The notes: generated from the letters alone by a model not told the origin. A DNA stretch of 64,000 nt from Candidatus Latescibacterota bacterium (GCA_965204375.1 OZ241986.1:32001-96000), one strand, 5' to 3'; shown: positions 10,382-21,344, counted from the first letter of the stretch. A program made the numbers and translations.

Positions 10382-12364
10382 TTAAAAATTGTGGAAGCCG
10401 TGTCCCGAGCCGGGGAACCAGATGAGGTCTATGACCATTCCGACGCCAATGCCGGTGCAATAGCCAATTACTGTGCCGTAGAAGAAGGGTTTTGCGCGTT
10501 CGTAGAGGCGGGGACCGCCAAAATGGACGATGAGGAGTTTGGCTGCCCAGACCATGAGTATGCTCAGGGCGTAATAGCGCGGTCCAGTTGTGTATTGAAA
10601 TGCGAGGCCGAGGGGATGCAGCGGCCAGCGGGGAAACCAGGTGCGCAGGCCCGCCAATAATGCGGCTATTCCCGCTCCGAGGAGCCAGATGCCGAGTTTT
10701 TGGAGGTCAAAAGATGTTTTTTCGGTTTCGCCCAATGCGCGCCCAATTCCACCAAAAATACCCAGGGGTCCTTCCCAGAGGGTCCACGAACGCAGGAAGA
10801 GCGCGGAGTCCCGATAACAATAGTAGATGATGGTGGCGGCACAGACAAAGAAGCCCATGGTGAATGCGAGAAAGACGACGCTACTCGTCCAGTGTTTGCC
10901 GCGTTCTGCGGGTACATCGTCCATGGCTTTGAAGTGGTGGGGCAATACTTGCATGGTTTGTATGCGTCCACCGCCGTAGAATACGCCGCTGTTGACGAGG
11001 TGCATTGCGGTCATTTCGCGGGTCGATAAGGTGGCTGTGCCGAGGATGGCGTTGACAAAGCCCGATCCTTTGATCCACACGGGGAAGAGATATCCAAATC
11101 CGCTGGCGGCAATGAATTTGGAGGTCGCAAAATACGCGATGAACATCATTAGCAGATGGACAATTGCGAGAGATAGCGACATGCCCAGGGATATGAAAAA
11201 GCTACAGAGGTATAACACGGAAATGATCAGGCCGATAACGGCGAAGCGATAGGAGATGGGGCCATCGCCGCGGTCGCCTCTTAAGGCGGTTTTTGCCACA
11301 TGTACCAGATGTCGCCGCGCGATCCATACAGACCAGACGACGAGCACGGTCATTGCTCCGTGGCTTTCGAGGTTGACGATTTCTCCCCCTTTGGCAACTT
11401 GTCCTTCTAAACCGACTGTGAAACCGGTGCGGTTGATGACGCCCATTTTGACTACGGCGAAGAGGCCAAAGAACCAGAAGCTGAACAGAAGATCCAGACT
11501 GCACAAATATCCGAGGCCAATGACCAGGGGTAAGACGCGCAAATAGACGGGCGGAAAGCTCTGTGCAACGGTCATGGATTTGGTGTTGATGCTGTCAAAT
11601 AGCGTGATGCGGGGTACGTTGGGAAACCAGAAGTTGATGATGTTCCATCCGATGATGCCTGCGGTCCAGGCAAAGCCAGCCCAGAAGACGGGATCGCGGA
11701 AAATTTTGGGCAATGCGCGGCCTTCGCCAAAGCCCTCCATGAGGTCCATGGGGAAGTTGACGAGTGGATAGGTCAAGCGCTCGGCATCGGCCCATTGGCG
11801 GTGAAAGATGGCGATGACAAAAAATCCGGCGGCCATGAAGGCCAGTACGCCAGAGAACCACCATAAGACGGATGGTATCCAGCCTGTCCAGGGGACAGTT
11901 TCGCCCGTGTGCAGGCCAAAGTAGAAGCGGTCCATGATCCAGGGCGTGGGTTCGGGAAATGCCCAGTGGGGCAGTTCATCTAAGAACAATTCTGCCCAGC
12001 GATTTTCCGGCGATGCAAAAAAATAAGGTGCGGGCAATGCGCCGATAAAATATCCCATCCAGCCGACGCCGGGCATCATACCCACGATCCACATGGTGGC
12101 AAAGATGACCATCATTTCGTGACGCGAGAGCACAGATTGGGGCGCGATCCGGGCGATGATCATGTTGATCACGACCCAGAGGAGGAATCCCAGGATGAGG
12201 GCGACGGGAAAACTGGATTTGACCATCGATCCCGCGTGGAGTACGATTTCAAGGACATTTTGAGAATAGGCCATCAGACCGGCGGTGAGCAGGCCAAGGA
12301 GGATAGATCGCCCGGTGATACGCGGTGATTCAGTCGGTTGGATTTGGGGATCGGGTAGAGCCAT
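10382..12364 (-). CDS. Polytopic membrane protein, DUF6785/DUF6784-like (putative transporter)
   Basis: Many hydrophobic segments; ASPENRW, RQWADAERLTYPL, WPLHPLG, PFFYG signatures. Confidence 0.75.
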   Translation of the reverse strand: MALPDPQIQPTESPRITGRSILLGLLTAGLMAYSQNVLEIVLHAGSMVKSSFPVALILGFLLWVVINMIIARIAPQSVLSRHEMMVIFATMWIVGMMPGVGWMGYFIGALPAPYFFASPENRWAELFLDELPHWAFPEPTPWIMDRFYFGLHTGETVPWTGWIPSVLWWFSGVLAFMAAGFFVIAIFHRQWADAERLTYPLVNFPMDLMEGFGEGRALPKIFRDPVFWAGFAWTAGIIGWNIINFWFPNVPRITLFDSINTKSMTVAQSFPPVYLRVLPLVIGLGYLCSLDLLFSFWFFGLFAVVKMGVINRTGFTVGLEGQVAKGGEIVNLESHGAMTVLVVWSVWIARRHLVHVAKTALRGDRGDGPISYRFAVIGLIISVLYLCSFFISLGMSLSLAIVHLLMMFIAYFATSKFIAASGFGYLFPVWIKGSGFVNAILGTATLSTREMTAMHLVNSGVFYGGGRIQTMQVLPHHFKAMDDVPAERGKHWTSSVVFLAFTMGFFVCAATIIYYCYRDSALFLRSWTLWEGPLGIFGGIGRALGETEKTSFDLQKLGIWLLGAGIAALLAGLRTWFPRWPLHPLGLAFQYTTGPRYYALSILMVWAAKLLIVHFGGPRLYERAKPFFYGTVIGYCTGIGVGMVIDLIWFPGSGHGFHNF

Positions 12365-12392
12365 TTTGTGCTCCGTATTTAGAATGCGCGTT

Positions 12393-12421
12393 AATATACG
12401 ATGCCCGAATAGAGGTGTCAA
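12393..12421 (-). promoter_or_regulatory. Sigma70-like promoter for the DUF6785 gene
   Basis: TTGACA-N17-TATATT on the minus strand, about 30 bp upstream of the ATG at 12364. Confidence 0.6.
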
Positions 12422-12590
12422 ACGCCTGAGGGTAGTATTTGTCAATTTGTGATATTGGGATTATTATGATGGGTGAAGGGTTGGGTGGTTAGGAAGGTAT
12501 CCGCAGATGGCCGCAGATGAAAGGCGAGAGGCAAAAGGGGACTGGGGGCTGGTGGGTGGGGATTTCACCCTTCACCCTTCACACTTTCTC

Positions 12591-12845
12591 ATGGCACGCA
12601 AAGATATTCGAACCATTTCGATTTTTTGTGCGAAATGTAAAACACTGCTGTACAAATACCGCAAGGGTGGGCGAGGCGGATTGGTGAAGTGCATGGTGGA
12701 ACGGATTGCCGAAGACCATACCCGGGGGGATATGAAATGCCCAAAATGCAGACAGGCGTTTGCGAGGTTCAGGATGTATGGTCGGCAGGCCGCGCACAAA
12801 ATTATACAGGGAAAGGTTTTTACGAAGGGTATGAGTAGGCGGTAA
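12591..12845 (+). CDS. Small basic Zn-ribbon-like hypothetical protein
   Basis: CAKC...[15 protein letters not shown]...CPKC; start at MARKDIR. Confidence 0.65.
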   Translation: MARKDIRTISIFCAKCKTLLYKYRKGGRGGLVKCMVERIAEDHTRGDMKCPKCRQAFARFRMYGRQAAHKIIQGKVFTKGMSRR

Positions 12846-12865
12846 AAAAAAGGAGTGAAAACACG

Positions 12866-14056
12866 ATGGCTGAATTTGTCGCGAATTACGATGAAGACAA
12901 GGTGCCCGATTACACATTGCCCGATCCGTTGATTTTTGAAGATGGGACAAAGGTCGAAGATGCGGCCAGTTGGCAACAACGGAGGGCAGAGATTTTGTCT
13001 TTGTTTGAAACACAGGTGTATGGCAAGATGCCAGGTGCTGCGGCGGGCATGCATTTTGAGACGCGGTTTGTGAATGGAGATGCGTTGGACGGGATTTGTA
13101 AGGAAGTTCGCGTTTACTTTTCCGCAGATGCGGAGCCGCGAATGGATATTTTAATTTTTTTGCCAAAAGACGCCGATGGGCCCGTGCCGTTGTTTGTGGG
13201 ATTGAATTTTGGGGGAAATCATACCGTTCAGCCCGATCCCCAAATTACATTGTCCGAGCGGTGGATGCGCTCGAAGACGGAAGGGGTTGTAGATCATCGG
13301 GCGACGGAAGCAGCGCGGGGGACGGCTGCGAGCAGGTGGCCTGCAGGGCGGATTTTAGCAAGGGGCTACGGTCTGGCTACGATTTATTGCGGCGATCTGG
13401 ATCCGGATTATGACGATGGGTTTCAAAATGGCGTGCATCCGCTTTTTGATAGGCAAAATACTGGGGATGACTGGGGGGCTATTGGCGCGTGGGCGTGGGG
13501 ATTGATGAGGGCGATGGATTATTTTGAGAGCGATGAGGCAATTGATCACGCGCGGGTTGCCGTGATGGGGCATTCGCGATTGGGCAAGACAGCGTTGTGG
13601 GCTGGCGCGCAAGACGCGCGGTTTGCCCTTGTGATTTCAAATAATTCGGGATGTGGGGGCGCAGCGCTTTCCCGCCGTCGATATGGCGAAACTGTGGGGC
13701 GGATTAATACCAGTTTTCCTCACTGGTTTTGCGACAATTTTAAGCGGTATAATGAGCGCGAAGACGATTTGCCCGTTGATCAGCATTTGCTCATTGCTCT
13801 AATGGCGCCTCGTCCGGTTTATGTTGCCAGTGCCGAAGAAGATCGCTGGGCGGATCCCCAGGGGGAGTTTTTGGGCGCGAAAAATGCCGATGCGGTTTAT
13901 CGTTTGTTGGGAACAGATGGTCTGGATGCTGAAAATATGCCGGGCGTTCACGAGCCGATTATGAGTCGAATTGGGTATCATATTCGCGCAGGTGGGCACG
14001 ATGTGACGAATTACGACTGGGACAGATATATGGATTTTGCCGATAAACACTGGTAA
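12866..14056 (+). CDS. CE15-like glucuronoyl/acetylxylan esterase
   Basis: [43 protein letters not shown]; AGGAG RBS. Confidence 0.88.
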   Translation: MAEFVANYDEDKVPDYTLPDPLIFEDGTKVEDAASWQQRRAEILSLFETQVYGKMPGAAAGMHFETRFVNGDALDGICKEVRVYFSADAEPRMDILIFLPKDADGPVPLFVGLNFGGNHTVQPDPQITLSERWMRSKTEGVVDHRATEAARGTAASRWPAGRILARGYGLATIYCGDLDPDYDDGFQNGVHPLFDRQNTGDDWGAIGAWAWGLMRAMDYFESDEAIDHARVAVMGHSRLGKTALWAGAQDARFALVISNNSGCGGAALSRRRYGETVGRINTSFPHWFCDNFKRYNEREDDLPVDQHLLIALMAPRPVYVASAEEDRWADPQGEFLGAKNADAVYRLLGTDGLDAENMPGVHEPIMSRIGYHIRAGGHDVTNYDWDRYMDFADKHW

Positions 14057-14093
14057 AGAAGTTCGACGGATAGTTGAACAGAAAGGAATAGCT

Positions 14094-15146
14094 ATGGCAA
14101 CTCAAGTAGAACGATCTTACGCGCTTAAAGCTGTGCCGGGATTTTATTCGACGTGTTCGGGTATTCAGATTGCGGCGCAGACGTCGGATAATGCGAGCGA
14201 TGAAGATTTGCAATTTATGCAACAACTCGGCGTGGAATGGATGATGGTCGGCGTTGGTGACCAGGAGAACCAGAATGCCGATTATTACAAGGCGTTGAAG
14301 GCGCGGTTTGCAAAATACGGTTTGCAGATTTATCGCATTGCGAATCGCAGTGTACACAATATGCCCGAAGTGACCTTGAATTTGCCGGGGCGCGATGAGA
14401 AGGTCGAGGAATTTATCACTTTTATTCGCAATCTGGGCGAGGCGGGTATTCCGTACAATACGTATGCACACATGGGTAATGGGATCTGGAGTTCGGGGCG
14501 CACAACGCGGCGCGGGGGCATGGATGCGAGGACGCTCGATATCGAGAATGCCACAGGGCATTGGGACGGTCAAATTTTTGAAGGCAAATTGACACATGGG
14601 CGGGTGTATAGCGAAGACGAGCTTTGGGAGAATTACGAATATATGATCCGCAAGGTCGCGCCTGTTGCCGAAGAATCGGGTGTTTATATTGGTATTCATC
14701 CCGATGATCCCCCCGTGTATTCTCTGGGCGGAATTCCGCGTTGTATGTTTGGCAATTTTAAGGGGTACAAGCAGGCGATGGATATTGCAGATAGTCCAAA
14801 TATTGGGGTTTGTTTGTGCGTGGGGTGTTGGCTCGAAGGGGGTAAAGAGGGCATGGGCGTGGATGTGATTGAGGCTATTCACTATTTTGCCAGCCGCAAG
14901 AAGTTGTTTAAGGTGCATTTTCGCAATGTTTCAAATCCGATGCCAGAGCCGTGGACAGAGACTTTGATGGATGATGGGTACCAGGATATGCATGCGGTGA
15001 TGAAAGCTCTGCGAGAGGTGGCGTTTGACGGGGCGATTATTCCCGATCATATCCCGCAGATTCTGGGAGGCCATCGCGCGGGGGTGGCGTATTCGATTGC
15101 CTATATGCGCGCGCTGGTTCAGGCTGTGAATAACGAAGCGGGTTGA
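14094..15146 (+). CDS. uxuA: Mannonate dehydratase family protein
   Basis: IRNLGEAGI, IHPDDPP, VHFRNV, IPDH motifs; start at MATQV behind AAGGA. Confidence 0.75.
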   Translation: MATQVERSYALKAVPGFYSTCSGIQIAAQTSDNASDEDLQFMQQLGVEWMMVGVGDQENQNADYYKALKARFAKYGLQIYRIANRSVHNMPEVTLNLPGRDEKVEEFITFIRNLGEAGIPYNTYAHMGNGIWSSGRTTRRGGMDARTLDIENATGHWDGQIFEGKLTHGRVYSEDELWENYEYMIRKVAPVAEESGVYIGIHPDDPPVYSLGGIPRCMFGNFKGYKQAMDIADSPNIGVCLCVGCWLEGGKEGMGVDVIEAIHYFASRKKLFKVHFRNVSNPMPEPWTETLMDDGYQDMHAVMKALREVAFDGAIIPDHIPQILGGHRAGVAYSIAYMRALVQAVNNEAG

Positions 15147-15157
15147 TGGGGATAACG

Positions 15158-16618
15158 TTATGGTCCACGTTTTCCCGTCGCGATGATTGTACCGGCGGGC
15201 AATAAGGTGTCAAGGCGGTTTGGCAGGTTGTCGCCGACGCTGTGCAGCCAGGTCATGAGTTGATCGCGCAGGTCGTTTTCTGCTGTTGATATGTGGGGTT
15301 GCCCGCTCAGGTTTTTCATTTCGTGTGGGTCGGTTTGAAGGTCGTAAAATTCGTCGATGTCTTGCGGATTCCACACGTATTTGTATCGTTCGTTGCGAAT
15401 GGCGCGCACTTCAAAGCTATAACCGTTGTAGCGGTAATAAACGCCATGTGCGATTTGTGGCCAGTCGGGCGGGCGGTTTTGCGTGCCGACGAGTGGGAGA
15501 AGGTTGCGCCCTTCGCGCGGTTGGTCAGCGGATGATTCGGCGCAGATGAGAGAGAAGAGGGTTTCGCCGATGTCGAGCAATGAGACATAAGCGTCCTGGG
15601 TTGCCGGCGATGTGTTGGGCGCGCGAATGATGAGCGGGATGCGCCAGACTTCTTCGTAAAAATAAGCCCCTTTGTCAAATCGGTTGTGCGCGCCTTCCAT
15701 GTCGCCGTGGTCAGATGTGAAGACAACGGTTGTTGTATCGGCGAGGTTGAGTCGGTCTAAGGCGTTGAGTATGCGTCCGATGGCTTCATCGACCATTGTG
15801 ATGTGTGCGTGGGAATACGCGATAACGGTTTTCCATTCTTCTTCGTTGATTGGGGAGGTGTCCATGCATCCCCACCAGGGTGTCGAATGGAAATAGGGGC
15901 GTCCTTCGCAGTTGTCGCTCAGGTTTGTGGGGAGTTCAACGCGCGTGCGGAGTTCTTGGGCGAGTTTGACGTATTCTTCGGGCAGGTGATGTGGAAAGTG
16001 TGGCGGTGCGGAAGATACGGTGAGAAAGAAGGGTTTGTTTTTGTGGCTCTGCGCCCACGTTTCGAGAAATTTTACGCCTTTGTTCACCGTGGGAAAGGGT
16101 TGGATATTTTCTTTTGGTTGCGGTGAATCTCCCCAAAATGGCGCGCGTCCTTTGATGAGGTTTTGGGTTTGATTGGCGTAGTTGGCAACGGTCTTTTCGT
16201 AGGTGTGATCATTTGTTTGTGGGTGGTATGGCTTTGAGTGTATTTCGATGTTGGGATCAAAGCCGTGTGCGCCGCGTTTTTCCGGGTTGATATGCCCGAG
16301 GTGCCACTTGCCGTAGTAACCGACGTGATAGCCGAGGCGCACGGCTTCGTCAATCCAGGTTTTTTGGTCGAGCGGCATGGATTCCTGGAGGGAATAGCCG
16401 ACTGATTGGTTGTCGTAAACGCCATTTTGATGCGGCCAGCGAGCCGTGAGCAGTGTGCCCCGAGCTGGCGTGCAGAGGGGACAGGATGTGAAGGCATTTG
16501 TGAATACTGTGCCTTCGGATGATAGGCGATCAATATTCGGTGTGGGAATGTCGGCGCCGAGAAAGCCAAATGCCCATGCAGGCCATTGGTCGGTGAGGAT
16601 AAATAAGACGTTTTGCAT
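15158..16618 (-). CDS. Sulfatase
   Basis: CTPAR formylglycine motif, GKWHLG, SDHGD, EFYDLQTDPHE. Confidence 0.92.
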   Translation of the reverse strand: MQNVLFILTDQWPAWAFGFLGADIPTPNIDRLSSEGTVFTNAFTSCPLCTPARGTLLTARWPHQNGVYDNQSVGYSLQESMPLDQKTWIDEAVRLGYHVGYYGKWHLGHINPEKRGAHGFDPNIEIHSKPYHPQTNDHTYEKTVANYANQTQNLIKGRAPFWGDSPQPKENIQPFPTVNKGVKFLETWAQSHKNKPFFLTVSSAPPHFPHHLPEEYVKLAQELRTRVELPTNLSDNCEGRPYFHSTPWWGCMDTSPINEEEWKTVIAYSHAHITMVDEAIGRILNALDRLNLADTTTVVFTSDHGDMEGAHNRFDKGAYFYEEVWRIPLIIRAPNTSPATQDAYVSLLDIGETLFSLICAESSADQPREGRNLLPLVGTQNRPPDWPQIAHGVYYRYNGYSFEVRAIRNERYKYVWNPQDIDEFYDLQTDPHEMKNLSGQPHISTAENDLRDQLMTWLHSVGDNLPNRLDTLLPAGTIIATGKRGP

Positions 16619-16634
16619 GATCAGAAGCCTTTCT

Positions 16635-16663
16635 TCTGCGTTTATCTGCGTTCATCTGCGGAT
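16635..16663. repeat. Intergenic 10-bp-period repeat, identical 29-bp copy at 47555-47583
   Basis: TCTGCGTTTATCTGCGTTCATCTGCGGAT at both sites; related inverted copy at 12499-12520. Confidence 0.8.
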
Positions 16664-16872
16664 TGTTCTTTTCGATAATAAACCGATCTTTGCGGTATTT
16701 CGCAATCTCAGATTTGCCCTTGATAGATGCACATAGAGTCACTATATTATATTACTTCTTATTTCTCCCCTGAATATGCGGTACCCCGCCGTGCATTGAT
16801 TTTCCCCTCTCCACATGTCTGTACTGTTACGTCACCTTCCAAACATGTGTCCATCAGGATAAGGGATGTCTT

Positions 16873-18765
16873 ATGGCAACAGCAACAAAATCACGCGCTT
16901 CTAACGCTACGCAACTCGATTTGCTCTCGCAACCGAAGACCAATGGGAAAGCCAATGGCAGAACCAGGGGCAAGAGCAATGGTGCTCATAATTACGACGA
17001 GAGCAAGATTAAAACCCTTTCGTCGCTCGAGCATATTCGGTTGCGTACGGGTATGTACATTGGGCGGCTCGGTTCGGGTGCTGATCCCGACGATGGCATA
17101 TACGTTTTACTCAAAGAGGTGGTCGATAATGCCGTCGATGAATTTATTTCGGGTTTTGGCAAAAAAATCGATGTGACTATTGATGCCAATCACGTCAGTG
17201 TGCGCGACTATGGGCGCGGCGTGCCGCTCGGCAAAATTGTCGAATGCGTTTCTGTGATCAATACCGGTGCAAAATACAACGACGATGTTTTCCAATTTAG
17301 CGTGGGCCTCAACGGCGTGGGTAGCAAAGCGGTCAATGCGCTTTCTACGGATTTTCGCGTGGTGGCCTATCGCGACGGTAAGTACGCAGAAGCCCGGTTT
17401 ACACGCGGAAAACTCATTGGCGAAAAAAAGGGTAGGACTCGGGAACCAGATGGCTCCCTTTTTGAGTTCACGCCCGATTCGGAGATTTTTGAGGAATACG
17501 ATTACAATTTCGAATACGTCGAGCGCCGCATGTGGAACTACGCCTGTCTCAATAGCGGTCTCACGCTCGTTTTTAACAAACAGAAATTCGTCTCCAGGCG
17601 TGGCTTGCTCGATTTTCTCAGCCGCGAAGTCGATGATTCGGCGCTTTATGAACCCGCGTATTATAAGGGGCAATATCTCGAATTTGCATTTACCCATACG
17701 TCCAATTACGGGGAAAACTATTTTTCTTTTGTCAATGGGCAATACACCATTGACGGTGGTACGCATCAAAGTGCTTTTCGAGAGGGTATCTTAAAAGGCG
17801 TCAATGAGTTTTACAAGAAGAATTACAGCGGGGTGGATGTGCGGGAATCCATCAATGGTGCTGTTGCGGTCAAGCTCAAAGAACCCGTTTTTGAGTCGCA
17901 AACAAAAAATAAACTCGGCAATACCGAAGTGCGCTCGTGGATTGTTTCTGAAACGCGTAGTGCGGTGGTCGATTTTTTGCACAAGAATACCGCGGCGGCG
18001 CAAAAACTCCAGGAGAAGATCAACCACAATGAGCGCCTGCGGAGAGAACTCAACGATGTGAAGAAAAAGGCCAAGGAAGTCGCTCGCAAAGTCTCTATCA
18101 AAATTCCGCATTTCAAGGATTGTAAATATCACAAGGGCGATAAAAAAGGCGGCGATGAATCTACTATTTTTATCACCGAAGGTCCCTCTGCTGCCGGGTC
18201 TATGGTCGCTGCGCGAGATGTGGAGACTCAGGCTATTTTTGGTCTGAAGGGCGTGCCCCTCAATGTATTTGGAAAAACAAAAGCCGCGATTTACAAGAAT
18301 GAAGAACTCTACAATCTCATGACGGCTTTGGGCATTGAAGACAGCGTTGAGAATCTCCGTTTCAACAATGTGGTCATTGCTACGGATGCCGATTACGATG
18401 GCTTCCACATCCGCAATCTGCTGATGACCTTTTTCCTCAATTACTTCGAAGAGCTCGTTACTTCTGGTCATGTCTATATTCTGGAGACGCCAATTTTTCG
18501 CGTTCGCAATAGTCGTGAGACGCGCTATTGTTATAGCGAAAAAGAACGCAATCAGGCTGTTGCAGATTTGCGAAATCCCGAGGTCACGCGCTTCAAGGGG
18601 TTGGGGGAGATCTCTCCCGGTGAGTTTGGACAGTTTATCGGAGAGGATATGCGCCTGATCAAAGTCGGCGTGCGCTCGCTCGCCGAGGTTCCAAATACCC
18701 TCGATTTTTACATGGGTAAGAATACCCCTGATCGCAGAGATTATATTGTGGAGCATTTGATTTAG
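16873..18765 (+). CDS. parE: DNA topoisomerase IV subunit B (type IIA)
   Basis: HIRLRTGMYIG, EVVDNAVDE, DYGRGVP, GLNGVG, IATDADYDGFHI, RFKGLGE; short (630 aa). Confidence 0.88.
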   Translation: MATATKSRASNATQLDLLSQPKTNGKANGRTRGKSNGAHNYDESKIKTLSSLEHIRLRTGMYIGRLGSGADPDDGIYVLLKEVVDNAVDEFISGFGKKIDVTIDANHVSVRDYGRGVPLGKIVECVSVINTGAKYNDDVFQFSVGLNGVGSKAVNALSTDFRVVAYRDGKYAEARFTRGKLIGEKKGRTREPDGSLFEFTPDSEIFEEYDYNFEYVERRMWNYACLNSGLTLVFNKQKFVSRRGLLDFLSREVDDSALYEPAYYKGQYLEFAFTHTSNYGENYFSFVNGQYTIDGGTHQSAFREGILKGVNEFYKKNYSGVDVRESINGAVAVKLKEPVFESQTKNKLGNTEVRSWIVSETRSAVVDFLHKNTAAAQKLQEKINHNERLRRELNDVKKKAKEVARKVSIKIPHFKDCKYHKGDKKGGDESTIFITEGPSAAGSMVAARDVETQAIFGLKGVPLNVFGKTKAAIYKNEELYNLMTALGIEDSVENLRFNNVVIATDADYDGFHIRNLLMTFFLNYFEELVTSGHVYILETPIFRVRNSRETRYCYSEKERNQAVADLRNPEVTRFKGLGEISPGEFGQFIGEDMRLIKVGVRSLAEVPNTLDFYMGKNTPDRRDYIVEHLI

Positions 18766-18776
18766 AGGAATGAAAA

Positions 18777-20678
18777 ATGGCTTATATCGACAGGTTATTT
18801 GACCAGTATTTTTTAGAACACGCTTCTTATGTTGTGAAGGATAGGGCGATTCCCGACATTGACGATGGTCTCAAGCCCGTACAGCGCCGCATTTTACACG
18901 CGTTGAAAGAGCAGGATGATGGGAAATTTCACAAGGTAGCCAATGTCGTGGGGCAGACGATGAAATACCATCCCCACGGCGATCAGTCGATTTACGGTGC
19001 GCTGGTTCATCTGGCGAACAAAGATCTGTTCATCGACAAACAGGGCAATTTCGGCAATATTTATACGGGTGATGAAGCCTCGGCTGCGCGTTATATCGAA
19101 TGCCGATTGACCCCGCTTGCCAAAGATGTGCTCTTTAATCCGGAGATTACTGAATACATCGAATCCTACGATGGCCGCAATAACGAGCCCGTTGTTTTTC
19201 CGGCGAAGATCCCCGTGCTTCTCGCGCAGGGCACTGAGGGCATTGCGCCGGGTATGACGACGCGGGTTTTGTCCCACAATTTGATCGAATTGTTGCAGGC
19301 GCAAATTGCCTATCTCCAGGGGGAGGATTTTCAGATCTTTCCCGATTTTGCGACGGGTGGTTTTGTCGATGTCACCGAATATGCCGATGGCAATGGCAAA
19401 GTGCTCGTGCGCGCCAAACTCGATACCAAAAATTCCAAACGCATTGTCGTGCGCGAATTGCCTTTTGGATCTACGTCTGACTCCCTCATTGCCTCAATTG
19501 AAAGTGCAGCCCGGAAAAACAAACTCAAGATCGCGGGTATCAGCGATTATACAGGGGAGGAAGTCGAGATTGAAATTCGCCTTGCACGGGGCGTGCATAC
19601 CAAAGATACCGTGGATGCGCTTTACGCTTTTACCGACTGCGAGCAATCTATCAGCGTTAGTGCTCTGGTCATCAAGGATAACCGCCCCCATATCGCCACG
19701 GTGAGCGATATTCTCAAACACAATGCCGACCGATTGGTCGATGTTCTTACGGCAGAGCTTAAAATTGAGCAGAGTCAGGTGCGCGATAAGTTGCACGCCA
19801 AAACTCTCGAACAGATTTTTATCGAGAACCGGGTTTACAAAGCCATTGAGGAAGTCGCGGATTCCGGTGCGATTCACGAGGCGATACGTATGGGTTTGGA
19901 GCGTTTTCTCAGTACAATTAGACGCAAGGTTACAGCAGAAGACCTCGATACGCTTTTACAAATTCCCATTCGGCGCATTTCACTTTACGATATCACGAAA
20001 GCGAAAAAGGAAATGCGTGAGATGCACGCGCGGCTCAGAGAGATCAAGACTAATCTCGACAATATTACGGGCTTTACTATTGATTTTCTGGAATATCTGA
20101 TTGATGAATACAAAGATGCGTATCCCCGTCGCACTGAAGTGACTTCTTTTGATCAGGTGGATGCACGCGAAGTGGCGCAGCGCAATCTCAAGTTGCGCTA
20201 TGATAAGAAGACGGGCTATCTCGGTTATGATGTCAATGGCAACACGCTCATGGATGTGTCGCAATACGATCGCGTGCTCGTGATTCGCAAAAATGGCACT
20301 TATTCTCTACACGAAGCACCCGACCGTCTCTTTGTGGATAAGGGTATGCTATTTTGCGATTTTGTCGATTCCGAACGGGTGTACACAGTTGTTTACCGGG
20401 ATAAGAAGACCAATTATCCCTGTATTAAACGCTGTAAGCTGGACACATTTATTATGAACAGGGGATATGAACTCGTGCCACCGGGATGCCGATTGCTCAA
20501 GCTCACAACCGACCGCGATGTCGAGGTTCACGTATCCTATAAATCCAAACCCCGCGTGCGCATCCTCAATGAAGAATTTGCCATCGAAGATTATGCGGTT
20601 CGCGGTAAAACCGCCAAAGGAGTGCGTCTGTCAGCGCGCGAGGTCAGAAGTGCTAAATTTGTGAAGCCTAAAATTTGA
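18777..20678 (+). CDS. parC: DNA topoisomerase IV subunit A
   Basis: RAIPDIDDGLKPVQRRIL, KYHPHGD, AARYIE catalytic Tyr; short CTD, no GyrA box seen. Confidence 0.88.
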   Translation: MAYIDRLFDQYFLEHASYVVKDRAIPDIDDGLKPVQRRILHALKEQDDGKFHKVANVVGQTMKYHPHGDQSIYGALVHLANKDLFIDKQGNFGNIYTGDEASAARYIECRLTPLAKDVLFNPEITEYIESYDGRNNEPVVFPAKIPVLLAQGTEGIAPGMTTRVLSHNLIELLQAQIAYLQGEDFQIFPDFATGGFVDVTEYADGNGKVLVRAKLDTKNSKRIVVRELPFGSTSDSLIASIESAARKNKLKIAGISDYTGEEVEIEIRLARGVHTKDTVDALYAFTDCEQSISVSALVIKDNRPHIATVSDILKHNADRLVDVLTAELKIEQSQVRDKLHAKTLEQIFIENRVYKAIEEVADSGAIHEAIRMGLERFLSTIRRKVTAEDLDTLLQIPIRRISLYDITKAKKEMREMHARLREIKTNLDNITGFTIDFLEYLIDEYKDAYPRRTEVTSFDQVDAREVAQRNLKLRYDKKTGYLGYDVNGNTLMDVSQYDRVLVIRKNGTYSLHEAPDRLFVDKGMLFCDFVDSERVYTVVYRDKKTNYPCIKRCKLDTFIMNRGYELVPPGCRLLKLTTDRDVEVHVSYKSKPRVRILNEEFAIEDYAVRGKTAKGVRLSAREVRSAKFVKPKI

Positions 20679-20696
20679 TTAAAAGGATTTTGTGTT

Positions 20697-21344
20697 ATGC
20701 CGAAGTTTTTTGTCATTGGTCGGTATGTATTTTTCATCTACTCTGCTGATGAGGTGGAGCGAGCACATATTCATGTGCGAATCAGAGCATCGGCATTTCC
20801 CACGGCGAAGTTCTGGTTGGTTCCTGTTGTCGAGTTAGCATATAACAATGGTTTTAAGCGTAAAGAAATTTCAGATATCAGGAAACTGACTGTGAAACAC
20901 GCGCAGGAATTATTGACAAAATGGAACGCAGAGTTTAATCAGGATCAAGCAATGGATAACGGCGAAATACGTGAAGCACTCCTGCGCGGTTATGATAAAG
21001 TGCGTTGGTTGGATGAGGCGAAGCGTTTGGAATGCCATCGTCCGTCTATTTTGGATATTCGATTCGATGAGTCACACATGCATGTTTATCTCGATGACGA
21101 TCGGGGTATCTCTGTACCGTTACGGTGGTATCCGCGTTTGTACTTCGGCTCGCCAGAAGATCGGGCGGATTGGGAACTATGGTGCCACGAAAGCGAAGAT
21201 GTGTATGATGTGATTGCCTGGGAAACCCTGGATGAACACATACGTCTTGAAAGTTTGTTGGCAGGACGAGCAAGCCGTGAAAGTGTAACATCTATACGTC
21301 GATGGTTGAAAGGTGAAAGATTGTACGAAGTATATGATGAATAA
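20697..21344 (+). CDS. DUF4160-DUF2442 fusion (normally a two-gene TA-like pair)
   Basis: N-half MPKFFVIGRYVFFIYS..ERAHIHV..AKFWL..W (DUF4160-like); C-half VYLDDDRGISVPLRWYPRL...IAWETLDEHI..LL (DUF2442-like). Confidence 0.75.
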   Translation: MPKFFVIGRYVFFIYSADEVERAHIHVRIRASAFPTAKFWLVPVVELAYNNGFKRKEISDIRKLTVKHAQELLTKWNAEFNQDQAMDNGEIREALLRGYDKVRWLDEAKRLECHRPSILDIRFDESHMHVYLDDDRGISVPLRWYPRLYFGSPEDRADWELWCHESEDVYDVIAWETLDEHIRLESLLAGRASRESVTSIRRWLKGERLYEVYDE

